Positions 1 through 10,119 of a stretch of DNA of 64,000 bases are shown here, piece by piece. Location of the stretch: positions 75,126-139,125 of the forward strand of contig JADJWQ010000004.1 in NCBI GenBank assembly GCA_016716265.1. Direction: 5' to 3'. How positions within the stretch are numbered: the first letter of the stretch is position 1; every line of letters begins with the position of its first letter. The notes below the pieces were generated by a model that was not told the DNA's origin, searched no databases, and saw nothing but the letters and a program-made list of their open reading frames with translations. The stretch comes from Planctomycetota bacterium (GTDB taxonomy: Bacteria > Planctomycetota > UBA1135 > UBA2386). The position numbers were made by a program, and so were the translations under genes.

Positions 1-206
1 ACAAGTGTGGAGGCTGTGAGGGCTCCGGGGGCCGCACGCAACAGACAATCCGCGCGGTCGGACGAGGGATGTCGGCGGGCGTCGCCGCCGGATCAGCACC
101 TGCGCTGATGGGCATGCTTGGTGGCGGGCAGGGCGCGATGTCGCTCGGTGGCGGTGCGCTCAGGATGCGCGACGGAGAGCGGTGCTGTTGCCAACCTCCA
201 CGGCCG

Positions 207-267
207 GGACCGGCGACTCCTGGACCGGCGACTCCTGGACCGGCGACTCCTGGACCGGCGATTCCGG
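207..267. repeat. 15-bp tandem repeat, ggaccggcgactcct, about 4 copies
   Basis: Read directly: three perfect units at 207-251 and a degenerate fourth at 252-267. It would encode PGPAT repeats in the 69..1205 frame. Confidence 0.9.
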
Positions 268-644
268 AGCTGCCGGGGCCGACGACTCCGGGCGGGCTGC
301 CGGCGCGCCTGGTCGGCGCGCGCGAGACCGCGATGGCTCGCACGAGCGCAGGCAACATGGCGTCATTGAGCGCGGTTGGCTCGACGGCCGGAAGCGTGGC
401 CGCGGGCGGGAAGCTGCCGGTGAGCAGTGTGGCGTCTGGTGGCCGTAGCGGCTATCCGTGGTGGCCGGGATGCCCGGAGAGTGGCGTTGTCAGGGCTGGG
501 CGTTGCGCTTGCCAGCTCAGAGACCGGGCGGCGCCGGGCTGTTGCTGCTGCATCAAGCGAGCGGAGGTGAGGCCGTGGCCCGAGCGGCATCTCCCAAAGG
601 ACGGATATTGGGAGAGATTCAGCTTCATCGCGTACTTCGAAGCA

Positions 645-1205
645 ATGCGCATAGACGAGCGAATCGGCGATCTGGGCCCCTGTCATCAGGAGTGGTGGGA
701 GGTCTCTGACGACCGGGTCGGTTTAACCAACAAGGATCTGTACGTTGGGCGAACCGCTCCCGCCGACGACTGGGCCGAAGTCGATCTCTCGCGACATATC
801 GACGGATCGGCGAATCTGGAGATGTACGATCTTGCCTGTGAGACCCACGATACCGGGTTACGCCTTCAGCTCATGGATATCCCAGGCACAAGCAACGCCC
901 TGGGAACGATAGCAGCGGATGAGGACCGGCTTGTAATATATATGCGGTTCCAAAGCAGCTGCCCTCACATGCAGTGTAAGGATGTATGTGTTTTGTTTGG
1001 GGTCAAATACCGCGCGTTTCACAGGCCCGAAGTAACTGTTTTCGGACCAGTGGACGGCGATCTGTGTAGTAGTGGCCGTCCTGCCGTGGTTAAGGGGCCA
1101 CAGGGCTCGATATTTACCGGGGACGTGCCGCGCGTGATCAGTGGGGTCCTACCAGCGGCGATGGTGCCTGCAACGTGGGGGGGCGGGCACTTACTGCGCG
1201 AGTGA
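645..1205 (+). CDS. hypothetical protein; start uncertain, frame is open from 69
   Basis: Long ORF in a visibly AT-richer stretch (about 590-1830), where spurious ORFs are less likely. ATG at 645. I recognise no family. Confidence 0.3.
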   Translation: MRIDERIGDLGPCHQEWWEVSDDRVGLTNKDLYVGRTAPADDWAEVDLSRHIDGSANLEMYDLACETHDTGLRLQLMDIPGTSNALGTIAADEDRLVIYMRFQSSCPHMQCKDVCVLFGVKYRAFHRPEVTVFGPVDGDLCSSGRPAVVKGPQGSIFTGDVPRVISGVLPAAMVPATWGGGHLLRE

Positions 1206-1356
1206 ACAGCCTCCACGGCGAGGTTCGAGTCATGGAGATTCAGCCATTTAGCCGCTGCAACGCGCATATCGATACTGGTTGACGCTCTCGGAGTCGCGAT
1301 TCGAACATGAACTTTGCGCCACGAAACCAGGGTTGGCCTAGAGGCACGCAAGATCA

Positions 1357-1824
1357 ATGAGTTCCGATATGTCCGGGATCCGCACAGCACCACACAACGA
1401 TGGCGACACGGTGGATCGGCGCATGGTAGATGGCCTCAAGTGCACGGCTCGCCGCGAAATAGTACTTGCTGCGAGCTTGCTGTGTGCAATAGGGGGATTG
1501 CCAATTCTACTGTACGTGTTCGCGTCGCCGATCGAGTCGGAAACGCCGGGTCCTGAATACCTTCTTCAGCGTCGGTTCGAAGCGATCGTAAATGGCAGGT
1601 TGTTTGCTAAGGAAATGCGCCTCCATCATGGCGATGCGTACCGCGCCGTTCTCCGGACGCTTGAGCGACCGGAGATCAGGCGAGCTGGGTTCCATCTGGA
1701 TGGGCTTGCTAACGAATGGGTCGCGCGGCGCGTTGACGGTGGGGCTGTGCTCGTGTCACGGGGAGCCGACGGCGTATTGGGTACGTCCGACGATTGGGCT
1801 TCACCTGTGATCGGTTCTCAATAG
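1357..1824 (+). CDS. hypothetical membrane-anchored protein
   Basis: ORF in the same AT-richer islet. One hydrophobic helix (IVLAASLLCAIGGLPILLYVF). The C-terminal 'GADGVLGTSDDW' is faintly pseudopilin-like, but this is not a family assignment. Confidence 0.35.
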   Translation: MSSDMSGIRTAPHNDGDTVDRRMVDGLKCTARREIVLAASLLCAIGGLPILLYVFASPIESETPGPEYLLQRRFEAIVNGRLFAKEMRLHHGDAYRAVLRTLERPEIRRAGFHLDGLANEWVARRVDGGAVLVSRGADGVLGTSDDWASPVIGSQ

Positions 1825-1987
1825 GCAACATCTCCGGCGCGTGGTGTCCGAGAACGCGGCCGAGGTCGTTTCGGGGCCGAACGCGGTCTCAAGGCCGTGT
1901 CGTTGCGATCGGGTTGTCGCGAGTTCTGCCGAGCAACGACCGGGACGGGCAGGACGGTCGCGCGACTTGCAGCGTGATCAGTTGCCC

Positions 1988-2160
1988 GCTATCCCTTCCC
2001 CGACGCGACCGTCATTGGGTTGCGCGCGGGCCTCGCGCGGGGCAGGGGCCTGTAGTGGTCCAGCAATCTTCCGGGCTGCGCCGGCGCGACGCATCCCGCT
2101 CTGAGAGCCTGGTTTAGCATCCTTTCCTTGGTCGGCTTCCCTCGGAGTTCCAAAGCCCCG
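1988..2160 (-). mobile_element. remnant of the 3' end of an rve-type IS (same family as 16293..17388)
   Basis: Shares the terminal motif TCCC-TTCCCCGACGCGACCGT with the copies at about 16293 and 18144. The minus frame encodes '...GRLLDHYR...', resembling the family's 'ERLGGLLRHY' transposase C-terminus. Confidence 0.35.
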
Positions 2161-2162
2161 CC

Positions 2163-3491
2163 ATGGCGAGACGTCACCCACTCGCTCTCCCCCGCGGCTG
2201 GACCAGGACCGTGCGGTCGAGCTTCCTGCACGCCGCCTCCGTGGCCTTCACCGCGCTGACCTTCGCCTGGCGCTCGGCGGCGAGGAGCCGTCGCGTCACG
2301 ATCCGAGTCCAGGCCGAGTTGGACCGCGCCGAGACCGAGATCGCCCTGCTCAGGGAGGAGTTGGACATCAAGGACGAGCGCCTCGGACGCATCCCGCCGC
2401 GGCGGCGCTCCCACTACGGCCCGATCCAGCGGATGCGGATCCTGGAACTGAAGGCCGCGCGCGGCTGGTCGTCGGCGCAGACCGCGAGGGTGTTCGGCGT
2501 CACCGAGGACACGATCGTGTCCTGGCTACGTCGCATCGACGAGGCGACCGATCGTCCCCTGGTGCGCCTGCCAGGGCCGGCAAACAGGTTCCCCGACTTC
2601 GTCGCCCATCTCGTCCAGCGCCTGAAGGTCCTGTGCCCGTCGCTGGGCAAGCTCCGCATCGCCCAGGTCCTGGCTCGGGCCGGCCTCCACCTCGGCACGA
2701 CGACCGTCGGGAGGATGCTGAGGTCGCCGTCCGCGGCCGACGACGTGGAGCAGGCACTCCTCATCGACGAGCAGTCCGCCGAGCCCCGCCGCGTCACCGC
2801 CAAGTACCCCGACCACGTCTGGCACGTCGACCTCACCGTCGTGCCGACGGCGGCCGGGTTCTGGGTGCCGTGGCTGCCGTTCTCCAGGCCCCAGCGCTGG
2901 CCGTTCTGCTGGTGGGTCGCGGTGGTCGTCGATCACCTCTCGCGACGCGTGTGCGGCTTCGCCGTGTTCACGAAGATGCCGACGTCGACGGATATCTGCC
3001 GCTTCCTCGACCGCGAGACGAGCCGACGCGGCAACCGGAAGCCGAGGCACATCGTCGCGGACAAGGGAAAGCAGTTCTTCTGCGCGACCTTCCGGAACTG
3101 GTGCGCGCGCCGTCGCATCCGGCCACGCTTCGGCGCGGTCGGCAGGCAGGGCAGCATCGCGGTGGTCGAGCGCTTCATCCGCTCGATGAAGTCGGAGTGC
3201 ACGCGACGGATCCGCGTGCCGTTCGATCTCCGGTCGATGCGCGACGAGATCGGGGCCTACGCCACGTGGTACAACGAGCACCGGCCGCATCAGGCGCTCG
3301 ATGGCCGAACACCATCCGAGGCCCACGGTGCCACGGCATCGCCCGCCCGAACTGTCGCCTTCGAGCCGCGACCGCGATGGCCGGTCTCAAACGATGACGA
3401 CGTCACGCGCGTCCGCGACCTCCGGCTGCACGTCACGCACTTCGACGGCCGCCGGCACCTGCCCATCGTCGAGCTCTCGCCGGCCGCCTGA
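2163..3491 (+). CDS. DDE transposase/integrase with rve core domain, apparently intact
   Basis: 442-aa ORF with an N-terminal coiled-coil/HTH region (GWSSAQTARVFGVTEDTIVSWL). The core reads HVWHVDLT ... IVADKGKQF ... VERFIRSMKSE ... YNEHRPHQALDGRTP. Confidence 0.85.
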   Translation: MARRHPLALPRGWTRTVRSSFLHAASVAFTALTFAWRSAARSRRVTIRVQAELDRAETEIALLREELDIKDERLGRIPPRRRSHYGPIQRMRILELKAARGWSSAQTARVFGVTEDTIVSWLRRIDEATDRPLVRLPGPANRFPDFVAHLVQRLKVLCPSLGKLRIAQVLARAGLHLGTTTVGRMLRSPSAADDVEQALLIDEQSAEPRRVTAKYPDHVWHVDLTVVPTAAGFWVPWLPFSRPQRWPFCWWVAVVVDHLSRRVCGFAVFTKMPTSTDICRFLDRETSRRGNRKPRHIVADKGKQFFCATFRNWCARRRIRPRFGAVGRQGSIAVVERFIRSMKSECTRRIRVPFDLRSMRDEIGAYATWYNEHRPHQALDGRTPSEAHGATASPARTVAFEPRPRWPVSNDDDVTRVRDLRLHVTHFDGRRHLPIVELSPAA

Positions 3492-3745
3492 ACGCTGAGC
3501 CGTTGTCCGTGGCCGAAGCTCGTAAGCGGCCAACCTGCGCGCGCTCCGACACACCGCCGCCCACGACCTCCGCCGGCGCCTCTCGATCGTGGTCGTTCGG
3601 TCCCGATCGAGTGCAACTGCGCGCCCCCGACGCAAGTCGCTCGGCTCGAAACGCGGTCGCGGAAACTCGTGGACCAGTACAGCCCCGCGGTGCCGGCCGG
3701 ATACGGGGCGGCCGGTTCCAGCCGACGATGTCTCGCGCAGCCGGC

Positions 3746-6010
3746 TCAGCGACCGTGCGTCGTCTCGAGGATGTTGGAGAACGCCACGCTGCCCCAGTAG
3801 CAGGTGGGAGGAGCGCTCGGCGTGAGGGTCCAGAACTGCGAGCGGAGCGTGGTGCCCAGCGCATTGGGGTCGCAGATCACGGCGATCGGAACGAACGTGC
3901 CGCCGTTGGCGATGGGGATGTCGACGGTGAACGTCGGCAGCAGGGCGCGGCAGGTGTTGCACGCGAGGATCGGAGCGCCGGGCGCCAGACTGACGTCGAT
4001 GGCGAGGACGCTGATGGTGCTGCCGCCGTTGTTGGCCCCGGTCAGCCGTAGGCCCCAGTCGGGGTTGCCGAGGGCCATCGGCCCGTTCGCGGTGAGCGTG
4101 CCGCCTTGGCCGCAGCCGCCACCGAGGTCGACGATCGGTCCACCGGGCCCGAAGGCCTCCCATCCCTGCGTGAAGGCGAAGGGGCCATCCCACATCGCGG
4201 CCATCGCGCGGTCGTCGTCGTTGCGACCACCCGTGTAGGTCGACGCGAACCCTCCGTTCGCACAGAAGGGCTTGAGTGTGTCGATCGGGCCACAGGCCTC
4301 GCCGCGAGCGTTCGTCAGTACGGCGACGACGTCCCCACGGCCGGGGAAGACCTCTCCCCAGCTCACGCCGAAGAACCGCCGAGACGGATTCGCGCCATTC
4401 TGCACGAACGTCACGGCCGGCGACTCCTCACGCTGGTTCGGAGTGTCTTCGAGTTCCGCCTGACGCGTGAACGCCCAGACCGCGCCGGGGCTCGACGGAA
4501 CGCGGAGGTCGATCGTCCAGATCCCGGTGCTACTCGAGTTGCCGGGCTCCTGGCGGCGGTACACGCACAGGAAGTTCTCACCATTGCCATCGACGACCGG
4601 CTCGCCGACGGGGAGAGTCGCACTCGAGTTCCCGGCGATGAGGGCAACCGAACTCAGGAACGTGCTGTCGAGGCTCAGGGCTCGGGCGGCGATGTACGAC
4701 GGCGCCTCCTCCCAGACGACGAAGAGACGTCGCGCGTCTCCGCCGCTGTTGCACGTCCGTGGCCGGCGGGCCGCGGTGAATCCAGTGAGCTGACGTGAGC
4801 GGACGATGGTCGGATCGCCATTGACGTCGATCGAGATCTCACGACTCTGGATCCCGTTGTACGGATCGGCGAACACGACCATGCACGCGTCGTCTGCCAA
4901 CGTGCGATCACCGCACACGTCCGGCTGAATGCCCTCGGTAAGCGGTCCCCTGGAGGGCACGAGGTTGCCGGCGTGCAGTAGAAACTGTCGGAGGCTGGAG
5001 CCGCTGGCCGCCGTGACGGCGCGGCCGATGATCTGCTTACCGTCGTTCGGGTCGTGCGAGTCGAATTCCATGACCGCGTAGAACATGTCGCGCAGGTTCA
5101 CGTTCGCGACCTTCGCGGCGTACATGTCCTCGACGCCGTTCTCGATGTTCACGCGAGTGCCGACCGTCGTCCCGTTCTGCCGGACGCGCTGGCCGTAGAC
5201 GTCCCGGTCCGAGGCGGAGACCGTGTGCTGCCAAACGACGAGGTACAGGTCCCAGGTGACGTCGTACGCCACGTCGGACAGGATGGCGCCGTTGCCATGG
5301 CGGCCGAGCGGCCCGATCAGGGGGTCGAGGACCAGGGGGTATCGAGCCGTGTCGACGAAGGCTGCAGGCAGCACGAGCTCGAGTTGGGAGCCGTCCCAGC
5401 GGAGTTCACCGGCGCACCGGCGCCCGCGGGCATCGATGCCGACGACTCGGCCGATCCCGACGAGCGGTTCGCCGTCTCGGTGCAGAGTCAGGCCGTCGTC
5501 GTAGTGACCCACCTCGGCAGTCAGCTCCGTGTCGAGTGACAATCGCACGACGAGATCGCCCTGTCCCGGAAGTCGCGTCGGGAAGACGAAGCTCTGCTCG
5601 ATGCCGTCCTCGATGACCTCGTAGGTCTCCACGACGTCCGTGTCGTGCACGTAGCGCACGGTGTTGCCGTCGAGCGTCGGTTGGACGCTGCGCGGATTCT
5701 TGGTCGGCGGAAGCACGCTGCGCTCGCCGTGCAGGATCTCTGCGAGCCTGAAACGCACGGGCAGCGAACGGGGCGCCAGCGGGCCGAGTGTCGGCACGAA
5801 CACCACTCCGTCCGGCGCGAACTGTGCCTTCCAGCGTGCCTGCGAGGCCCACAGCTCGCCGTCGGTCGAGTTCACGACGGCGGGACGCATGAAGTCCGTG
5901 ATGCTGCCCTCCGGTAGGTTCGGTTGCGGATCCTGTGCGCGGAGCACCCCGGCGACGAGGGTCACGGCCGCGAGGGCAGTGGTGGAAATAAGGGAATCGG
6001 TTCGCAGCAT
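3746..6010 (-). CDS. large secreted protein, paralog A, with Cys-containing C-terminal module
   Basis: ATG at 6010 gives MLRTDSLISTTALAAVTLVAGVLRAQDP, signal-peptide-like. About 50% aa identity to 7519..9801 over its full length. The C-terminus is ...TCYWGSVAFSNILETTHGR. Confidence 0.8.
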   Translation of the reverse strand: MLRTDSLISTTALAAVTLVAGVLRAQDPQPNLPEGSITDFMRPAVVNSTDGELWASQARWKAQFAPDGVVFVPTLGPLAPRSLPVRFRLAEILHGERSVLPPTKNPRSVQPTLDGNTVRYVHDTDVVETYEVIEDGIEQSFVFPTRLPGQGDLVVRLSLDTELTAEVGHYDDGLTLHRDGEPLVGIGRVVGIDARGRRCAGELRWDGSQLELVLPAAFVDTARYPLVLDPLIGPLGRHGNGAILSDVAYDVTWDLYLVVWQHTVSASDRDVYGQRVRQNGTTVGTRVNIENGVEDMYAAKVANVNLRDMFYAVMEFDSHDPNDGKQIIGRAVTAASGSSLRQFLLHAGNLVPSRGPLTEGIQPDVCGDRTLADDACMVVFADPYNGIQSREISIDVNGDPTIVRSRQLTGFTAARRPRTCNSGGDARRLFVVWEEAPSYIAARALSLDSTFLSSVALIAGNSSATLPVGEPVVDGNGENFLCVYRRQEPGNSSSTGIWTIDLRVPSSPGAVWAFTRQAELEDTPNQREESPAVTFVQNGANPSRRFFGVSWGEVFPGRGDVVAVLTNARGEACGPIDTLKPFCANGGFASTYTGGRNDDDRAMAAMWDGPFAFTQGWEAFGPGGPIVDLGGGCGQGGTLTANGPMALGNPDWGLRLTGANNGGSTISVLAIDVSLAPGAPILACNTCRALLPTFTVDIPIANGGTFVPIAVICDPNALGTTLRSQFWTLTPSAPPTCYWGSVAFSNILETTHGR

Positions 6011-6980
6011 GGGGAGAGCCGTGTTTGGAAGACGAATCGGTGCAGCAGCGGACGAGAGCGACCGCGATGCGCGGGAGTTGTTGTATCCGGCGCTGTGTCG
6101 AATGGACAAGCCCACGTGCGCTTTCGTTCAGTCGTTCCATCGGTTTGGTCTCGCGAGGGTAATGGCTCCGGGATCGAGCAGAGAGGTCTGCTCGCCCGGA
6201 TATCAGATGGACCCCGCACGGGCCATGCGTAGGGAATCGGTCGAGAAGAACGTGTGACGCAGGCACTCCTCCCGATTGGACACGGGATACAAGACCAGCG
6301 TCCTGGGAGGAGCGCCCCACGAGGCCTCGTTCTCGTGTGGGTATCAGTCGAGCACGCGGGAGTCGCGGTATCGATGCAGAGACTGGTCTATGCGACGGTG
6401 GCACCGGCGAGCTCGGGAGACGGCCGCCGCGCGGTGGACGACCGCGGAGACCGAGAAGACGATCGCCGAGCGAACGCGTACATAGAGGTGCTCCGAGCGC
6501 TCGAACTCGACGATTGCGGGACAGGACTCGGACGATGATGCGATCAACCGCGAGGTCGAGGTGCTCTACGGACCCACCCGCGACCCGATCGAGCCGCGCC
6601 ACAGGTCCGTGCGCGACCGAATCCGAGATCCGAGGCCCGGTCCGTCCGCGGTTGCGAGGGCTCGTTCCTCGGGCCCGTTCCGTTGCTCCCGCACGGACCG
6701 ACGGCATGGAATCGAATCGCGGTCGCGCGCGGGTGATGCGCATTCGGTGTCGAGTATCGGAGGCGACCGGGATATCCGGGTGGGCCGACTGATCCCCTCG
6801 AGACTCAGGCGCTGCGATCGGAATCCCGGTCGCCCCGCGCCCGGGCTCTGCCTGTCACCGCGCGGAGCGCCCCGAAGTAGGCAAGATCTCCCCGACCGGA
6901 CTCCCGGCGACTGCACCCGACCGCGCCCTCGCTCCGCCGCACGGCGCCCGGCCTCCCCGCGCAGGGCGCCGAAATCCCCT

Positions 6981-7598
6981 TTGTCCTTCCTACGGGCGGT
7001 CGCCACGTGTCTCTGGTTCGATGGCCGGGTCGAGGAGGCAGCCCTGTTCTACGTCCCGCTCGTCCCTGGCTCCGAGCTGGGTCCGGTGCTCCGGACGGAC
7101 GACGGTGCGGCCCTGGTCGTCGAACTCGGTCTCGGCGGGGCGCGCTACCAGCTCCTGAACGGCGGGCCGCGGTTCCGACTCGACGAGGCCGCGTCGATCG
7201 TCGTCCACACCGCGGACCAGGCCGAGACGGACCGGTATTGGCACGCGGTGAGGTGCGACGGCGGTGAGGAGAGCAGATGCGGCTCGTGCCGGGACCGGTT
7301 CGGCGTGTGGTGGAAGGTGGACGCCGACGCGACCATGCGATGTCAGGCCGCAAGTCCTCGGACGCTGTCCGGCGCCGTCGAGCGCAGCCGGTTCCTGCCG
7401 ACCGCGCTCCGCGGCACCGGGGTGCAGCAGAGTGACGTGGAGTCTGGTCGAGCGCTCGCCGTCGCGGGCATCGGATCATCTGGTCCGGATCGCGCGCGAT
7501 GGGTGAGCCGACCCCTGCTCAGCGGCCGTGAGTCGTCTCGAGGATGTTCGAGCAGGAGACCCGGCCCCAGTAGCAGGTTGGGGGGGTGCCGGGAGTGA
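6981..7598 (+). CDS. VOC-superfamily PhnB-like protein (3-demethylubiquinone-9 3-methyltransferase-type domain), C-terminus aberrant
   Basis: TTG at 6981, then 'ATCLWFDGRVEEAALFYV...YQLLNGGPRFRLDEAASIVVHTADQAETDRYWHAV..GGEESRCGSCRDRFGVWWKV', which matches the family core as I recall it. The last ~80 codons look unlike the family and overlap the convergent gene at 7519. Confidence 0.5.
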   Translation: MSFLRAVATCLWFDGRVEEAALFYVPLVPGSELGPVLRTDDGAALVVELGLGGARYQLLNGGPRFRLDEAASIVVHTADQAETDRYWHAVRCDGGEESRCGSCRDRFGVWWKVDADATMRCQAASPRTLSGAVERSRFLPTALRGTGVQQSDVESGRALAVAGIGSSGPDRARWVSRPLLSGRESSRGCSSRRPGPSSRLGGCRE

Positions 7599-9801
7599 GG
7601 GTCCAGAACTGCCAGCGCAGCGTCCTGCCCAGCCAGTTCGGGTCGCAGGTCACCGGGATCGGAACGAAGGCCTGGCCGTTGGCGAGCGGGACGTCGACGG
7701 TGAACGTCGGCAGCAGGGCGCGGCAGGCGTTGCACGGGAAGATCGGCGCACTGGGCGCCAGGCTGAGGTCCACAGCGAGGATGCTCATGGTGCTGGCGGC
7801 CCCGGTGAGCCGCAGCCCCCAGTCGCGGTTGCCCAGCGCCATCGGTCCCTCCGCGGTGAGCGTGCCACCCTGGCCGCAGCCGCCGCCGATGTTCACGATC
7901 GGACCACCGTTGCCGAACGCTTCGAAGCCCTGCGCCCAGACCCTGAATCCGTCATGGATCACGACCATTCCGCGATCATCGTTGTCCCTGCCGCCGGCAT
8001 AGGTGGACGTCACGTTGCTGAATGACGAGAAGGTCTTGACCAGGTCGCGCGGGCCGCAGACCTGCGGGCTGCCGGTGACCCGCCCGATGTAGCTGTCGGC
8101 ACGGGCAGGATTGTTGAAGACCCTGTTGTGGCCGATTGCGTAGTACTGAACAGATGGACTGGGTCCATCCTGTACGAGCGCGAGCGACGGGAACTCCACA
8201 TCCTGATTCGGATCAGCGTCGTACGGGGCAGCACCGTTGTCCAGCATCGAGGAGCTGGCTGACGACGGCACGGTGAATCCCCTGATCCAGATGTCGTCGT
8301 CGTTCGAGCTGTTCGGCCGTTGGTAGGCCAGCAGAAAGTCCGTGCCGTTGCCGTCGATGCTCGGCCGAGACGCAGCGCCGAAGGCGAAGTTCGCACTGCG
8401 GAGGGCGCTGTTCATGCTGATTGCGCGAAGGACGATGAGGGGCGAGGCCTCCCAGGCGACGACCGCAACACGTCCGGAGCCACCGCTGTTGGAGATTCGC
8501 GGGTTTCGTGCACTGACGTCGCTCGACAGCTGGGTGAGCCGGCTGGTGATCAGGTTGGAATCGAGGTTCGCCGCGATCGTGACTTCCTGGCTCACGACCC
8601 CTTTCTTCTCAGGAAGGGTCGGAAGGGGCTCAGGTTGAATATAGACCACGAGGCACTCGTCGTCGGCGGTCGTTCGCTCGCCGCAGACGTCAGGCTGGAA
8701 CCCCTCCTCGTCCATGCCGACGACGGGAGAATTGATTGCGTCCTGGATGTTCAGCTTGCTGCCCATGACCCCGTCCACGGCTCGCACGGCGCGGCCCCAG
8801 ACTTCTCGCGAAGGCCCACTTCCGGAGTAGTGGTTGTCGAACTCCCACACGACGTAGAATGCGTCCCGCACGTTCACGCTGGCGACTCGTGGTGCGTAGT
8901 CGTCGTTGCCGTTCGTGTCGATCAGGACGGGGTTGCCGACGGGGGTGCCGTCCGCGCGAATCCGTTGCCCGAGGACATCCCGGTCCAGCACGGCCGTGGT
9001 GCGTTCCCAGACGACCAGGTAGAGGTCGTTCGTGACGTCGTACGCCACGTCGGGGTACCAGACCGAACCGCTCGGACCGATCTGGGCCAACGAGCCGATC
9101 AGGGGGTCGAGGGTCAGCGGGTAGGAAGCGGAATCGACGAAGGCCGCCGGCAGGACCAGGTCGAGGTACGAGCCGTCGAATTCGAGCCACCCGCTCCGCT
9201 GGCGACCGCGGGCGTCGATCCCGACAACCGCTCCGATTCCGACGACGTCCCGAGCGCCGTCACGCAGCACCAGGCCGTCCGTGTAGGTGCCGGCCGGGGC
9301 GGCGAGATCGGACTCGAGCGCGACGCGCACGCGCAGGTCGCCGCTGCCCTCCGGACGCTCGGCGAAGACAACGCTGTGCTTCAAGCCCTCGTCGCGGACC
9401 TCGTAGAGCTCGCGGATCCCGTCGCCGTGGCGGTAGGAGACGGTCTTGTCGTCCAGCGTCGGGTCGGTGGCGGGACCCTTGCCCTCGCGTGCGAGCCCGT
9501 CACCGCTGCCTCGTCCGGCGTCGACGAACGAGAAGCGGACGGGAAGCGACACGGGTGCGTCTGCCCCGAGCACGGGGGTGAAGGTCACCCCTTCGGTCGT
9601 GAAGGACGCCTTCCAGTCGGCTTGGACGGCCCACAGCTCGCCGTCGACGCGCTGCACCGTGGCCGACTGCAGCCAGGCCTGCGCCTGCATGGTCGTCGCC
9701 TGGGGGGCGCCCTGGGAGGCGAAGTCCTGGGGAGACTGGGCGTCGAGAGCGTGCGGGAGCAGGAGTGCCGCCGCGAGTGGTAGGTAGATCGTGTTCATCA
9801 T
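7519..9801 (-). CDS. large secreted protein, paralog B
   Basis: MMNTIYLPLAAALLLPHALDAQSP signal peptide. Collinear with paralog A (shared blocks GELWA.QA.WKA, VVGIDARGR, LVLPAAFVD.A.YPL.LDPLIG, DVAYDVT.DLYLVVW). C-terminus ...TCYWGRVSCSNILETTHGR. Confidence 0.8.
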   Translation of the reverse strand: MMNTIYLPLAAALLLPHALDAQSPQDFASQGAPQATTMQAQAWLQSATVQRVDGELWAVQADWKASFTTEGVTFTPVLGADAPVSLPVRFSFVDAGRGSGDGLAREGKGPATDPTLDDKTVSYRHGDGIRELYEVRDEGLKHSVVFAERPEGSGDLRVRVALESDLAAPAGTYTDGLVLRDGARDVVGIGAVVGIDARGRQRSGWLEFDGSYLDLVLPAAFVDSASYPLTLDPLIGSLAQIGPSGSVWYPDVAYDVTNDLYLVVWERTTAVLDRDVLGQRIRADGTPVGNPVLIDTNGNDDYAPRVASVNVRDAFYVVWEFDNHYSGSGPSREVWGRAVRAVDGVMGSKLNIQDAINSPVVGMDEEGFQPDVCGERTTADDECLVVYIQPEPLPTLPEKKGVVSQEVTIAANLDSNLITSRLTQLSSDVSARNPRISNSGGSGRVAVVAWEASPLIVLRAISMNSALRSANFAFGAASRPSIDGNGTDFLLAYQRPNSSNDDDIWIRGFTVPSSASSSMLDNGAAPYDADPNQDVEFPSLALVQDGPSPSVQYYAIGHNRVFNNPARADSYIGRVTGSPQVCGPRDLVKTFSSFSNVTSTYAGGRDNDDRGMVVIHDGFRVWAQGFEAFGNGGPIVNIGGGCGQGGTLTAEGPMALGNRDWGLRLTGAASTMSILAVDLSLAPSAPIFPCNACRALLPTFTVDVPLANGQAFVPIPVTCDPNWLGRTLRWQFWTLTPGTPPTCYWGRVSCSNILETTHGR

Positions 9802-10119
9802 GGTCGAGTGTGGCGAGGCCGCGATGGGGACCCGCGTCCGGTCATGCCCCGAGAGCGACGGGGTCGCGGAGACCGCCGTCCAAGATCACGGCCGGTTCTT
9901 CGTGGTGTTCGAAGCTGGTGAAGGGCCGGCGTGCCGGCTCGAGACGGGGACGGGCGGCCGCTCCATCGAGCGGGACCGACCCGAGGGCCTCATGCCCCGT
10001 CTCGCTCCGAGGCGGCGCGTTTTTCCTCACGATCTCGGCGGCCAGTCGGCAAGAACTCCGCGAGCTCCTGCTCACGACCCCTGCGAGATCGCGGACCGCT
10101 GCTACCCTTCCCCCCCTGC

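Noticed and set aside
69-644. N-terminal 192 codons of ORF 69..1205, including the PGPAT repeat, considered as part of a real protein.
   Set aside because: This part is GC-rich low-complexity with runs of Cys/Arg/Pro, unlike the AT-richer 3' part. I cannot support it, so only 645..1205 is listed, at low confidence.
6113-6138. ECF-type promoter-like motif on the minus strand (GGAAC-N17-CGTG), about 105 nt upstream of secreted paralog A.
   Set aside because: It is a single short motif in GC-rich DNA. I found no equivalent upstream of paralog B (9802-10119) and have no independent support.
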